Shown: in pieces, positions 9,767 to 20,309 of the stretch
Layout: each line of letters begins with the position of its first letter
How positions within the stretch are numbered: the stretch's first letter is position 1
NCBI GenBank assembly: GCA_021738625.1
Contig: JAIPBS010000015.1
Span: 1-64,000, forward strand
DNA: 64,000 nucleotides
From: Bacteroidales bacterium
GTDB taxonomy: Bacteria; Bacteroidota; Bacteroidia; Bacteroidales; JAIOZK01
Direction of reading: 5' to 3'
Translations under genes and position numbers: made by a program
Notes under the pieces: model-generated
What the model saw: only the letters and a program-made list of their open reading frames with translations
The model's database searches: none
What the model was told of the DNA's origin: nothing

Positions 9767-10738
9767 ATGAAAAAAACAACTTTCATAACAATTTTATTTC
9801 TGATAAGCATTTTGTTTTCATGCCGGGAAAAAGAGCCGGAAAAGATCTTGCTGGTTTTCAGCTATCATCCCGAATATGTATGGGTATCAGAAGAAATTGC
9901 CGGTTTGAATGAAGTATTTGCGAACCAGAACCTGGAATTACACAGGTTGTTCATGGACACCAAACGCAATACTTCGGAAAGCTGGAAACAGAAAATGGCC
10001 GATAGCGCCATGCGGATGATCAAACGAATTCAACCGGACGCCATTATGTTGTTCGACGACAATGCCTGTAAATATGTCGGGCAAAATCTTATTGGCAAGG
10101 AAACCCCTGTTGTGTTTTGCGGCGTCAATAACGATCCTGCCGGTTACGGCTTTCCTGCAGAAAACGTGACGGGCGTGGTGGAACGCGTTCCCCTGCAAAA
10201 GATGTTTAGGTTGCTCAGAACAATTGCTCCGGAGGTAACCTCCATAAGCATTATTTCGGATGAAAGCCCGACAGGGATCGGAATTGATGAGCAGCTTGAA
10301 CAAACGGAGCTGGATATCGAAGTCGGGGAGTTGCTGGCAACAAATGATTTCGGGGAATGGAAGGAGTTCATCACAAATGCACAGGAATCGGTGGACGCCC
10401 TGGCGGTGATCAGCTACCTGACCCTCGAAGATACGATCACGGGAAAAAGCATGGATCCTCAAAAGGTCATAAACTGGATCCTGGAAAACAACAAGCTGCC
10501 GGAAACAGCCCCTTTCGACTTTGCTGTTTATGACGGATTGCTCTGTGGCGTTTACCTTCCCGGCCAGTCACAATCAAAACCGGCGGCAGAAATGCTGTTG
10601 GAAATACTTGATGGCGCCGATCCTGCAGAACTTCCACTTCAATACCCTGAAGGAGGTGACAGGATGATCAACAGGCAACGGGCCGAAAAACTCGGCATCG
10701 AAGTACCGGAAACAGGTGAAATTAAAATCATTGAATAA
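9767..10738 (+). CDS. ABC-transporter-type substrate-binding lipoprotein (PF04392-like), orphan
   Basis: Start moved to MKKTTFITILFLISILFSC (lipobox). The body resembles the ABC_sub_bind family (VVFCGVNNDPAGYGFPAENVTGVVE). No permease or ATPase lies adjacent. Confidence 0.55.
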   Translation: MKKTTFITILFLISILFSCREKEPEKILLVFSYHPEYVWVSEEIAGLNEVFANQNLELHRLFMDTKRNTSESWKQKMADSAMRMIKRIQPDAIMLFDDNACKYVGQNLIGKETPVVFCGVNNDPAGYGFPAENVTGVVERVPLQKMFRLLRTIAPEVTSISIISDESPTGIGIDEQLEQTELDIEVGELLATNDFGEWKEFITNAQESVDALAVISYLTLEDTITGKSMDPQKVINWILENNKLPETAPFDFAVYDGLLCGVYLPGQSQSKPAAEMLLEILDGADPAELPLQYPEGGDRMINRQRAEKLGIEVPETGEIKIIE

Positions 10739-10759
10739 TCATTAACCAAAATCATCATC

Positions 10760-11242
10760 ATGGAAGAACAATTACAACAACAAAATCCTCAGGAACAAGA
10801 AGGATTGCAAATACCCGAAATCACCATCAAAGTGTTAAATGAAACCCGCCGATGGACCATGTTTATGGCGATCCTGGGTTTTATTATGAGCGCCTTTATT
10901 TTACTGGGGGCCTTATTTTTGGGAAGCGTGGTATCATTTGTACCCAGCGATGCATTTACAACACCATTTCCAACTTATTTCATCCCTGTGCTCTACCTGA
11001 TCATTGCATTTGTCAATTTTATGATCGCCTTGTTTTTATACAAATTCTCATCCAGAACCAAGGATGCCATTCACTGGAGAAAGCCTGAGATGATCCATAA
11101 AGCGCTCAACAACATGAAGCTTTACTGGAGATGGGTAGGCATTTTAACCATCGTCGCCATCGTTTTCATGATCGGCTCTTTTATCTATGCCATCATCTTT
11201 GGTGTAAACACCTTACAGGACGCAGGATTTAACTATTACTAG
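10760..11242 (+). CDS. Hypothetical 4-TM membrane protein
   Basis: 160 aa with four hydrophobic helices, 21 nt downstream of the substrate-binding-protein gene. Confidence 0.5.
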   Translation: MEEQLQQQNPQEQEGLQIPEITIKVLNETRRWTMFMAILGFIMSAFILLGALFLGSVVSFVPSDAFTTPFPTYFIPVLYLIIAFVNFMIALFLYKFSSRTKDAIHWRKPEMIHKALNNMKLYWRWVGILTIVAIVFMIGSFIYAIIFGVNTLQDAGFNYY

Positions 11243-11261
11243 AACAGAAATTTCATGGAAA

Positions 11262-11300
11262 TAAAAAAACGGGAATACAAAAATATTCCCGTTTTTTTTA
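11262..11300. terminator. Bidirectional rho-independent terminator
   Basis: The sequence aaaaaaACGGGAATAcaaaaaTATTCCCGTtttttttt is a 10-bp stem flanked by an A-run and a T-run, between the convergent membrane-protein gene (+) and sucC (-). Confidence 0.8.
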
Positions 11301-11314
11301 TTTTATTTCTCAAG

Positions 11315-12502
11315 CTAAAGCACCTTACCTACCAGGGTTGCCGCATCTTCGAGCCTAATGGCGGAATGCACTTTTAAGCCCGATTCATCAATGATCTTCT
11401 TGCCTTCTTCCGCATTGGTACCCTGCAGGCGCACAATCACGGGCTGATCGATTTTACCGATGTTCTTATAGGCGTCAACCACGCCCTGGGCTACGCGGTC
11501 GCACCGAACGATCCCACCAAAAATATTGATCAGGATGGCCTCAACATTTTCATCCTTCAGGATGATGCGGAAAGCTTCTTCCACCCTTTTGGCGTCGGCA
11601 GTGCCACCCACATCAAGAAAGTTTGCAGGCTCTCCGCCTGAAAGCTTGATGATGTCCATAGTAGCCATAGCAAGGCCTGCTCCATTTACCATGCACCCAA
11701 CATTGCCATCCATTTTCACATAACTGAGGTCATATTTGCTTGCCTCTAATTCGATCGGGTCTTCTTCGTGCACATCCCGCATTTCCACAATATCAGGATG
11801 GCGAAACATCGCATTGTCGTCTATGCTGACTTTGCAATCCACCGCATATATGCGGTCATCGGAGGCTTTGATCACCGGGTTGATCTCAAACAGTTTTGCG
11901 TCGGCACCTTCATAAGCTTTGTATAGCGCAGCAACAAATTTCACCATTTCCTTAAATGCCTTACCGTTTAAACCAAGGTTATAGGCCACCTTGCGACCTT
12001 GATAGCCTTGAAATCCCACCGAAGGATCGATCTCTTCATAAAAGATCTGTTCGGGTGTTTCTTCTGCAACGGCTTCGATGTCCACCCCGCCGCGGGGAGA
12101 GTACATGATCATATTCCTTCCCGTTTGTCTGTTCAACAGAATGCCGACATAGAACTCCTGCACTTCCGAAGGTCCGTCATAATAAACATCTTGTTGTATC
12201 AGCACCTTTCTTACCAGTTTGCCTTCTTTTCCGGTTTGCCTGGTAACCAGGTTCATGCCGAGTATTTGCTTACTCAGATCGCGCACTTCATCAAGAGATT
12301 TGGCCAGTTTCACGCCGCCGCCTTTACCGCGGCCTCCGGCATGGATCTGAGCCTTCACCACAAAAAATTTAGAACCTGTTTCATCCTGGATTGTTTTTGC
12401 CGCTTCAACAGCCTGTTCAGCGGTATCGGCCGGATAGCCCGTGGCAACGGAAGCTCCGTATCGGCTTAATATGGATTTTCCCTGATATTCGTGTAGATTC
12501 AT
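11315..12502 (-). CDS. sucC: ADP-forming succinate--CoA ligase subunit beta
   Basis: MNLHEYQGKSILSRYG N-terminus with ATP-grasp and CoA-ligase domains. Start trimmed from the upstream in-frame ATG to the canonical MNLHEYQ. Confidence 0.9.
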   Translation of the reverse strand: MNLHEYQGKSILSRYGASVATGYPADTAEQAVEAAKTIQDETGSKFFVVKAQIHAGGRGKGGGVKLAKSLDEVRDLSKQILGMNLVTRQTGKEGKLVRKVLIQQDVYYDGPSEVQEFYVGILLNRQTGRNMIMYSPRGGVDIEAVAEETPEQIFYEEIDPSVGFQGYQGRKVAYNLGLNGKAFKEMVKFVAALYKAYEGADAKLFEINPVIKASDDRIYAVDCKVSIDDNAMFRHPDIVEMRDVHEEDPIELEASKYDLSYVKMDGNVGCMVNGAGLAMATMDIIKLSGGEPANFLDVGGTADAKRVEEAFRIILKDENVEAILINIFGGIVRCDRVAQGVVDAYKNIGKIDQPVIVRLQGTNAEEGKKIIDESGLKVHSAIRLEDAATLVGKVL

Positions 12503-12669
12503 ATGGAATGATTTATTAAAATTCTGATTCACAAAAATAACAGAATTTCTCGTTTTTAAAGCGAAATTTAAACTTCAGGTCAAGGTACATAAAAATAAAA
12601 ACCCGACCTATTTTCCACATCCCGCTCCTCACAAAATCATTTCTTATCTTTGCCTTCAATAAGCAGACT

Positions 12670-13329
12670 ATGATCAAGGCAACCGACATTCGTAAAACAT
12701 ACGGAAAGCTGGAAGTGCTGAAAGGCATCAATTTGGAGGTTGAAAAAGGTGAGATCGTTTCTGTTGTCGGTGCAAGCGGGGCGGGTAAATCCACCCTGCT
12801 GCATATCATCGGAACTATTGACCGGGCCGACAGGGGAAATGTAAGCATCAACAACATCAATATTTCAGGGCTTTCAGAAAAAAAACTTTCGGAATTCCGC
12901 AATATGCAAATCGGTTTTGTATTTCAGTTTCATCATCTGCTGCCTGAGTTTACAGCCTTTGAGAACATATGCATTCCGGCATTTATTGCAGGTAAGGGGC
13001 GAAAAGCAGCAGAACACAGGTCGCATGAGTTGCTTGAGTTTTTAAACCTGACCGACAGGAAAGAGCATAAACCTTCAGCGCTCTCAGGGGGCGAACAGCA
13101 AAGGGTAGCAGTAGCCAGGGCGCTGGTAAACCAGCCTGCCGTGGTGCTGGCTGACGAACCCTCGGGCAACCTCGATTCAAAAGCATCGGTTGAGTTGCAT
13201 AAACTTTTCTTCAGCTTGCGCGAAGAATTCAAGCAAACCTTCATAATCGTCACCCACAACAAAGAACTGGCCGAAATGGCCGACAGGAAACTTACCATCA
13301 AAGACGGGCTTATCCTCAACTCAAACTAA
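12670..13329 (+). CDS. ABC transporter ATP-binding protein (LolD/FtsE-like)
   Basis: Walker [10 protein letters not shown], signature [10 protein letters not shown], Walker B VVLADEP; 219 aa. Confidence 0.85.
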   Translation: MIKATDIRKTYGKLEVLKGINLEVEKGEIVSVVGASGAGKSTLLHIIGTIDRADRGNVSINNINISGLSEKKLSEFRNMQIGFVFQFHHLLPEFTAFENICIPAFIAGKGRKAAEHRSHELLEFLNLTDRKEHKPSALSGGEQQRVAVARALVNQPAVVLADEPSGNLDSKASVELHKLFFSLREEFKQTFIIVTHNKELAEMADRKLTIKDGLILNSN

Positions 13330-13394
13330 TGTTAACCAACAATATTCAACCTGCTACATCGTTCAAATCTCAGTTCCAAATTGAAGTTGCATCC

Positions 13395-15695
13395 ATGAGA
13401 TTTTTTTCAATATTGCTTTTTATTATTCTTTCGGCCTCCACCACCGTTGGTCATGCCCAAAGCAACGACCAGCGCTATGAAGAGCTCATTACACAGGCAG
13501 ATACCTATTTCGAATCAAAAGATTATATCAATGCCAAGGCAGCATATCAATATGCCCTCAGAATGAGACCTGAAGAAGAATACCCGCAAAAACAGCTAAA
13601 AAAAACGGTGGATATTCTTAGGAAGCGTTTTGAAAAAAGCAGCCAGTACACCCAGTACATCAATGAAGCAGAAAAAAGCCTCGAAGAGGGAACAGTGGAT
13701 CAAGCCATAGAATACTACCGCATGGCGGAAGAAGTGTTGCCGGGCGAAACCTATCCTTCGGAAAAGATAGGTGAGTTGCAATCGGCGCTCAAGCAACAGC
13801 AAGAGAGAGAACAGGCCTATGACAAAGCCCTGCAGGCCGGAGAAAAATACTATCAGGAAAACAACATGCAAGCCGCCCTGCAACATTACCGCATCGCTGA
13901 CAGCCTGAAACCGGGCGTTAATCAAACCCGGGAAAGAATTACCGAGCTTAAATCTCACCTCTATGAGGAAGCACAGAAAGAAAACAACCTTAACATTGCA
14001 TTGAACAATGCCGAATATTTTTATTCCAGGAAGGAATACCGCGCCGCTTATGCCGAGCTGGAAAAAGCGCTCGGATTGTTTCCCGAAAATGAAGAAGCGA
14101 AAAAAAGATTGGCAGAACTGAAGACCCTGATCATCAGGCAAGAGAAATACGATAGCCTGATCGCCGAAGCGGATGACCTTTATATTGTCAAAGATTTCAA
14201 CGGATCCAAAAGGAAGTATGAAGAAGCCGTTGTACTGCGGCCCGAAGATCCATATGCCACCGAGATGATCTCCAGGTTGGAAAAATCAATCGGTGAAAAG
14301 AACATTTCTGAAGAGAAACAATATGAAAATGCCATCGCCGCCGGCGATCAATATCTGAAAGATAAAAATTACAGCATGGCCGAAAAACAATTCAGCTTTG
14401 CCCTGCGCCTGAAACCCGGTCGGGAGTACCCTCAGGAAAAACTTGAAATTGTTGAAAAAGTTGAAGGTGACTACAGGGCGCTGGTAACCAATGCGGATAG
14501 TTTGTTTGAAAAAGAAGTTTACGAAAAGGCTGAAACCAAATACCAGGAGGCGCTTGCACTTTTTCCGGAAAGAAGTTACCCATCGGAACGTCTTAGCCAG
14601 CTTGATGAGATCAAACAGAAAATTGCCGGGAAAAAGGCCGACGAGGAAGAATACCGCATGCTGATCGATCAGGCCGACCAGTATCTGCGTGACGGAAACT
14701 TCCAGCACGCCATTGCAAAATACAGAGAGGCCCGTAATATAAGGCCAAACGACACTTATCCTGTTGAACAACTCGACAAGATCAATGAGATCCTTGCCGA
14801 CCGGGCAGCCTGGAAAGCACGTCAGGATGCTTATGATTCACTGACTCAAAAAGCAAGCCTCTTTCTGGAGCAAAAGCTATATGATACCGCCAAAAAATAT
14901 TACCAGGAAGCATTGTTGATCATGCCCGATGATCGTTATGTTCGCGAACAAATCATTGAAACCGACAGCATGAAAGTGAGGGCGATCAGGAAAAAAGAAC
15001 GCGAAGCGGAACGGAAACAGATTTACGAAGTTTCCATAAAGGAGGCCGACGAGCATTTTGCCAATGAAGAATATGAACTGGCCAGAGCAGCTTATCAAAA
15101 AGCCGTTGAACAGGATATAGATGAAGGATACGCCAGGCAAAAACTGCAGGAAACCAATGCCATATTTGAAGAAAAACAACGCGAGATCAATCAGGCTTTC
15201 GAGGAAGCCATCGCAGAAGCCGATCGGTATTATCAATCCAAGACCTACGATAAGGCGATCAGCTTTTATAAACAAGCACAACAACTGAAGCCGGAAGAAA
15301 CCTATCCTTCCGAAATGATCGGGCAAATAAAACAAACCATTGAAGACAATTTGCTTGCGGAGGTGAATTCAGAAGAAGTCGTCATCGAGGCCAATGCAGA
15401 TCATAAATTCAATTTCGACCCCATCCCCGTCAGGGAAAGAAAAGACAATTATATAATTTTTACGGCTACCAACCTGAGCGGTGAAGATCTAAAAGTATTT
15501 TTAAATTATGGTAAGGATCAGGCCAAGAATGGCGGATTGCTTTTCATGATACTTGCCGGAGAAGAATCCCAGGAAATGACCATCAGGGTGGGCACCCAAT
15601 ACAAATGGTTCAGTGAAGACAACAACTGGATAAGCTTTTATCCGCAGGGCGGAAAAATGAAGGTTTCAACCATCAGGATCACAAAGAGCGAATAA
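13395..15695 (+). CDS. Secreted tetratricopeptide-like repeat protein with about 17 repeats
   Basis: Signal peptide MRFFSILLFIILSASTTVGHAQ, then about 17 repeats of about 38 aa with a Y-x2-A-x3-Y-x2-AL-x-L-x-P-x3-YP-x3-L pattern (for example ETYPSEKIGELQ, REYPQEKLEIVE, TYPVEQLDKINE). Start moved to the Met preceding the signal peptide. Confidence 0.7.
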   Translation: MRFFSILLFIILSASTTVGHAQSNDQRYEELITQADTYFESKDYINAKAAYQYALRMRPEEEYPQKQLKKTVDILRKRFEKSSQYTQYINEAEKSLEEGTVDQAIEYYRMAEEVLPGETYPSEKIGELQSALKQQQEREQAYDKALQAGEKYYQENNMQAALQHYRIADSLKPGVNQTRERITELKSHLYEEAQKENNLNIALNNAEYFYSRKEYRAAYAELEKALGLFPENEEAKKRLAELKTLIIRQEKYDSLIAEADDLYIVKDFNGSKRKYEEAVVLRPEDPYATEMISRLEKSIGEKNISEEKQYENAIAAGDQYLKDKNYSMAEKQFSFALRLKPGREYPQEKLEIVEKVEGDYRALVTNADSLFEKEVYEKAETKYQEALALFPERSYPSERLSQLDEIKQKIAGKKADEEEYRMLIDQADQYLRDGNFQHAIAKYREARNIRPNDTYPVEQLDKINEILADRAAWKARQDAYDSLTQKASLFLEQKLYDTAKKYYQEALLIMPDDRYVREQIIETDSMKVRAIRKKEREAERKQIYEVSIKEADEHFANEEYELARAAYQKAVEQDIDEGYARQKLQETNAIFEEKQREINQAFEEAIAEADRYYQSKTYDKAISFYKQAQQLKPEETYPSEMIGQIKQTIEDNLLAEVNSEEVVIEANADHKFNFDPIPVRERKDNYIIFTATNLSGEDLKVFLNYGKDQAKNGGLLFMILAGEESQEMTIRVGTQYKWFSEDNNWISFYPQGGKMKVSTIRITKSE

Positions 15696-15860
15696 AAAAA
15701 ATTCATTTCTTTTTGCAAACCCTCAGTGTTCCGGCATTCAAAACTGATCCACAAGGCTTTAAGCAAAACAACAACTCTACCAATTAATGAAAGAGGGGAT
15801 GCTACAGATGAAATATTTACATTTGTGTATTCATTCATGTTTTTATTGTTGAGAAGAAAG

Positions 15861-17336
15861 ATGTCAAAGCTTGAAAACTATTTCGGAAAATTCAGGGAAA
15901 ACACCATTGGCCACGATGTGGAATTCAAAACCCCCTATGGTTTTAAGAAAATGCTTTACGCCGACTGGATAGCCAGCGGAAGGCTTTATGGCCCCATAGA
16001 AGACAAAATGCTGAACCTGTTTGGACCTTATATCGGCAACACGCATACCGAGACTAGCGAAACCGGCACCCTGATGACCAAATCCTATCACTATGCCCAG
16101 CAGATCATCAAAGATCATGTAAACGCCGGTCCGGCTGATGTGATCATCACCACTGGTTTCGGGATGACCTCTGCGGTTGTGAAATTCCAGCGGATACTTG
16201 GATTAAAAACCTGCGGAAAGCTGCTTAACAAGAAGTGTCTTGACAAAAGCGAACGGCCGGTTGTTTTCGTAACCCATATGGAACATCACTCCAACCATAC
16301 CTCCTGGTATGAAACCGTGGCAGATGTGGTTCAATTGCAACCCGATCAAGACATGCTTGTTGATCTGGACGATCTAAAAAAACAGCTCAACAAATACAAG
16401 GACCGACAGCTTAAGCTGGGCGCCTTCACGGCCTGTTCTAACGTAACAGGCATCGAAACGCCCTATCACAAGATGGCCAAAATCATGCATCAGCATGGCG
16501 GACTGGCCTTTATCGATTATGCGGCATCGGCGCCTTATGTCGACATCAATATGCATCCCGAAGACCCACTGGAGAAACTGGACGCCATTTATTTCTCTCC
16601 CCACAAATTTCTGGGAGGCCCCGGTAGCTCCGGAGTATTGATCTTCGATTCAAAACTGTACCGGAATCATTCACCCGATCAGCCGGGAGGAGGAACCGTC
16701 GATTGGACCAATCCCTGGGGAGAGTACAAATTCATCGACCAGATAGAAGCCCGTGAAGACGGCGGCACCCCGGGCTTTCTGCAAGCCATCAGGACGGCGC
16801 TTTCCATCAAGCTTAAAATTCAGATGACCACCGCGAAAATCAGGGAACGCGAAGAGGAACTTGTCGAGAAAGCCTTTAAAAAGCTGTCTGGAATACCCGA
16901 TCTAAACATCCTGGCAGATAATATAAAACAACGCCTTGGCATCATCTCGCTCTATATTGAAGGCATTCATTTTAACCTGGTGGTAAAACTGCTCAATGAT
17001 CGCTTTGGAATTCAGGTGAGAGGCGGATGTGCTTGCGCGGGCACCTATGGTCACTATTTGCTGAATGTGAGCTACGAGGATTCGCATAATATTACATCCC
17101 TGATCAACTCGGGAGATCTGTCGAAAAAACCCGGCTGGATCAGGCTTTCGCTTCATCCTACCATGACGGATAAGGAACTTGATTACGTAATTGACGCCCT
17201 GATGCAGATCAGAAAAAATCATATCGAATGGGGCAAAGATTATGTTTACAACAGGAAAGCCAACGAATTCAGACATAAAACAGAACCAATGGATAAGACG
17301 GAATGGGTAAAGCCCTGGTTTGAGCTTGAAGACTAA
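15861..17336 (+). CDS. Aminotransferase class V-fold PLP-dependent enzyme (cysteine desulfurase/SufS-like)
   Basis: PLP-lysine motif FSPHKFLGGPGSSGVL and a fold-type I architecture. Start moved to MSKLENYF. Confidence 0.75.
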   Translation: MSKLENYFGKFRENTIGHDVEFKTPYGFKKMLYADWIASGRLYGPIEDKMLNLFGPYIGNTHTETSETGTLMTKSYHYAQQIIKDHVNAGPADVIITTGFGMTSAVVKFQRILGLKTCGKLLNKKCLDKSERPVVFVTHMEHHSNHTSWYETVADVVQLQPDQDMLVDLDDLKKQLNKYKDRQLKLGAFTACSNVTGIETPYHKMAKIMHQHGGLAFIDYAASAPYVDINMHPEDPLEKLDAIYFSPHKFLGGPGSSGVLIFDSKLYRNHSPDQPGGGTVDWTNPWGEYKFIDQIEAREDGGTPGFLQAIRTALSIKLKIQMTTAKIREREEELVEKAFKKLSGIPDLNILADNIKQRLGIISLYIEGIHFNLVVKLLNDRFGIQVRGGCACAGTYGHYLLNVSYEDSHNITSLINSGDLSKKPGWIRLSLHPTMTDKELDYVIDALMQIRKNHIEWGKDYVYNRKANEFRHKTEPMDKTEWVKPWFELED

Positions 17337-17341
17337 GCCTG

Positions 17342-18676
17342 TTACTTATCCAGGGTGATCAGCGTAATCTCCGGCAAAATCCCGATCCTTCCGGGATACC
17401 CGATGAAGCCTGTCCCCCGGTTTACATAAATATATTGCTTTTCCTCCCCGTTGGCGTAAAGACCGGCCCATTGCTTATAAACATACTGTGCCGGACTCCA
17501 CTTAAAACCGGGCGTATCGATCCCGAACTGAAAACCATGGGTGTGCCCCGAAAAGGTCAGGTCGATATCAGGATATTTTCTCCGGATCACCTTCTCCCAG
17601 TGGGAAGGATCATGCGATAAAAGCAATTTCACAGGGGTTTGCCTTATATTGTACATCGACTTTTGCACATCTCCTAATTTCGGGAAACGTCCGTGTGAAC
17701 CCCAGTTTTCAACCCCAATAAGGGCAATCTCATCTTCATTGCGCCGGATGTAAGCATGTTCGTTACGCAACAATTTCCAGCCCACACGTTGGTAAAGCTG
17801 GTAAAGGTCCGTCATGTTCTTTTTCTTTTCTTTTTCCGAAGTCCAATTGGAATAATCGCCATAATCATGATTGCCCAGTATGGAATAAACTCCGTGCCGG
17901 GCACGGATATTCTTCATCAGGTCTTCAAAGGGGAAAGCTTCACTGCTGGCGAAATTTACAAGGTCGCCGGTAAATATTACCAAATCCGGTTTGAGATTAT
18001 TGATCAGGTCAACTGCCTCTTTCATGGGTTTCTCATTGGCCCAGCTTCCCAAATGCAAATCTGAAATCTGTACGATCTTAAATCCCCGGAATGATTCGGG
18101 CAATTTAGGTAAGGAAACCGTCACCCGTCTTACCCTGAAATCATACGCCCATTTGACCATGCCCACAAGCATCCCGCTAAAAGCCACCCCTCCGGTGATG
18201 AGTCCCAGATTGATCAGAAATCTGCTGCGGCTGATCTTGGTACCGGTTGGAGCTATGGCCTCACCACGTTTTTTTTGTCTGATAAACTGAAAAAGATGGG
18301 TAAACAGTCTAAGCAAGTCGGCGATCAACAAAAATAAAACAGTAATAAGCTTGGAGGCATAGGTCACAAACACCAATCCGAACGTGTAAGTCCTGAGACC
18401 CGCTGACCAGTCCCTGATTGGTTCCAGGGCCGAACCAACAAACAAACTGATAAAAAGCAAAAAAGGCAGCCAATACAAAACACCAATGATCCAGGTAATA
18501 GAGGATTTTTGTTGGAAAACTTTTTTTCTGACAGATACCCAAAGATAAACATCCAGCAACATCAACACTACAAAAGCGGGATAATAACTGCTGTATTTGG
18601 GCAGGCCGGCCCGCAGCAAGAAATAACCTACAATCATCAACAATACAAAGGTCAGGAAAATGTATTTTTTCCGCAT
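17342..18676 (-). CDS. Membrane-anchored metallophosphoesterase
   Basis: Five or six N-terminal transmembrane helices, then calcineurin-like motifs (ISDLHLG, FTGDLVN, GNHDYG, GHTHG). Confidence 0.8.
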   Translation of the reverse strand: MRKKYIFLTFVLLMIVGYFLLRAGLPKYSSYYPAFVVLMLLDVYLWVSVRKKVFQQKSSITWIIGVLYWLPFLLFISLFVGSALEPIRDWSAGLRTYTFGLVFVTYASKLITVLFLLIADLLRLFTHLFQFIRQKKRGEAIAPTGTKISRSRFLINLGLITGGVAFSGMLVGMVKWAYDFRVRRVTVSLPKLPESFRGFKIVQISDLHLGSWANEKPMKEAVDLINNLKPDLVIFTGDLVNFASSEAFPFEDLMKNIRARHGVYSILGNHDYGDYSNWTSEKEKKKNMTDLYQLYQRVGWKLLRNEHAYIRRNEDEIALIGVENWGSHGRFPKLGDVQKSMYNIRQTPVKLLLSHDPSHWEKVIRRKYPDIDLTFSGHTHGFQFGIDTPGFKWSPAQYVYKQWAGLYANGEEKQYIYVNRGTGFIGYPGRIGILPEITLITLDK

Positions 18677-18992
18677 TAATCTTTAATTCGTTATAAAAGT
18701 AAAAGCCAGCCCGGAAAGATGGATTAAGCGAATTTCATTTCTTCTTTAATTTAACATTATCCCGATTGACTTCCAGGATTAACGAATTGTTAAGCGGCAT
18801 ATTATTCTTCAGGATTTGTTTCATAAAGAATTCATTTTGTGATTCTCATCAAAAATTAGTATACTTGCAAGGGAAATCCAGAAGTTATGAAACCATAATT
18901 ACGAACTGTAACATTGTTCGGATAAGCTGAATGTACAAAAATATGTTTACCTGAAACAAAGCTACAGAAATTGAACCCCAAACTCCCATGAC

Positions 18993-19412
18993 ATGAACGG
19001 AACTCCAAATCAAAACAAACACTACGACTGGAAAGGAAAAACCATTCTGATTGCAGAGGATATGGAATCCAGCAATTATTATTTTGAAGCCGCCCTCAGA
19101 AAAACCAATGTAAATATACTTTGGGCTGTGAATGGAAAGGAAGCCGTCGAAAAAGTTGAGAACAACAAAGAAATCCAGGCGGTATTGATGGATATAAACA
19201 TGCCGGAAATGAACGGTTTGGAAGCTACACGAAAAATCCGCAAGATTCGCCATGATCTGCCTGTCATCGTTCAAACCGCCTATGTTTTATCCCATGAAGA
19301 AGAAAAAAGTTATGAATTCGGAGCCAATGCTTTCATGAGCAAACCCATCAAGCTGAATGACTTGCTGGAAACACTGGATGAGTTTCTTTCGAAACCCGTG
19401 GCTTCAGGCTGA
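18993..19412 (+). CDS. Single-domain response regulator (REC)
   Basis: KTILIAEDMESSNYY...LMDINMPEMNGLEATRKIR...VIVQTAY...SKP. The REC domain is of the same subtype as the C-terminal REC domains of the hybrid kinases at 37619..39559 and 48348..52319. Confidence 0.8.
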   Translation: MNGTPNQNKHYDWKGKTILIAEDMESSNYYFEAALRKTNVNILWAVNGKEAVEKVENNKEIQAVLMDINMPEMNGLEATRKIRKIRHDLPVIVQTAYVLSHEEEKSYEFGANAFMSKPIKLNDLLETLDEFLSKPVASG

Positions 19413-19416
19413 CCGG

Positions 19417-20298
19417 CTATCCGTAAATTTCTTTTTTTGAAGCTTTCAGCGTGTTGGTGAGTAATGAAATAATGGTCATTGGCCCCACCCCGCCAGGAAC
19501 GGGAGTTATGTAACTGCATTTCTTGCTCACCCTATCAAAATCAACGTCCCCAACCAGCTTATAGCCCGTTTTGGTTTGGTTTGATTTAATTCGGTGGATG
19601 CCAACATCGATCACCACCGCATCCTTTTTCACCATATCAGCGGTAACAGAGCCGGCCTTACCAATTGCTGCGATGATGATATCGGCCTGAGCGGCGATAT
19701 CCTTAAGATTTTCCGTTTTGCTATGGCATAAGGTTACAGTTGCATTGCCGGGATCGGACTTGCGGCTCATCAAAATACCAACCGGCGTACCTACGATATT
19801 GCTTCGGCCAATGACAACGCAGTTTTTTCCTTCGGTTTCGATTTCATATCTTTCAAGCAAAGTCATGATCCCCAAGGGAGTGGCGGGAATATAAGCGGGC
19901 ATGCCCGTGATCATGCGGCCCAGGTTGACCGGATGAAAGCCGTCCACATCTTTGCGCGGATCGATGGCTTCGATAACCTTTTGTTCATTGATATGATCGG
20001 GCAAAGGAAGCTGAACGATGAACCCATCGATTTCAGGATCACCATTTAAAAAATCCACCACCTCCAGAAGTTCTTTCTCAGATATGTTTGCAGGATGCTT
20101 GTAAACCGAGGACATCATACCGACTTTTTTACAAGCCTTTTCCTTGCCCGACACATAGGTTTGGCTGGCCGGATCGTCACCCACAAGCACGGCAGCCAGG
20201 TGGGGTGATTTGTCGTTTTTATCGATCATTCCGGCAATTTCTTTTTTGATCTCCTCCTTTATCAGTTCTGCTGTTTTCCGGCCGTCTATCAGTTTCAT
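19417..20298 (-). CDS. folD: Bifunctional methylene-THF dehydrogenase/methenyl-THF cyclohydrolase
   Basis: MKLIDGRKTAELIKEEIKKEI...YVSGKEKACKKVGM...GRSNIVGTPV...TPVPGGVGPMT, the full FolD architecture. Confidence 0.9.
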   Translation of the reverse strand: MKLIDGRKTAELIKEEIKKEIAGMIDKNDKSPHLAAVLVGDDPASQTYVSGKEKACKKVGMMSSVYKHPANISEKELLEVVDFLNGDPEIDGFIVQLPLPDHINEQKVIEAIDPRKDVDGFHPVNLGRMITGMPAYIPATPLGIMTLLERYEIETEGKNCVVIGRSNIVGTPVGILMSRKSDPGNATVTLCHSKTENLKDIAAQADIIIAAIGKAGSVTADMVKKDAVVIDVGIHRIKSNQTKTGYKLVGDVDFDRVSKKCSYITPVPGGVGPMTIISLLTNTLKASKKEIYG

Positions 20299-20309
20299 GG
20301 TCTTTGTAT

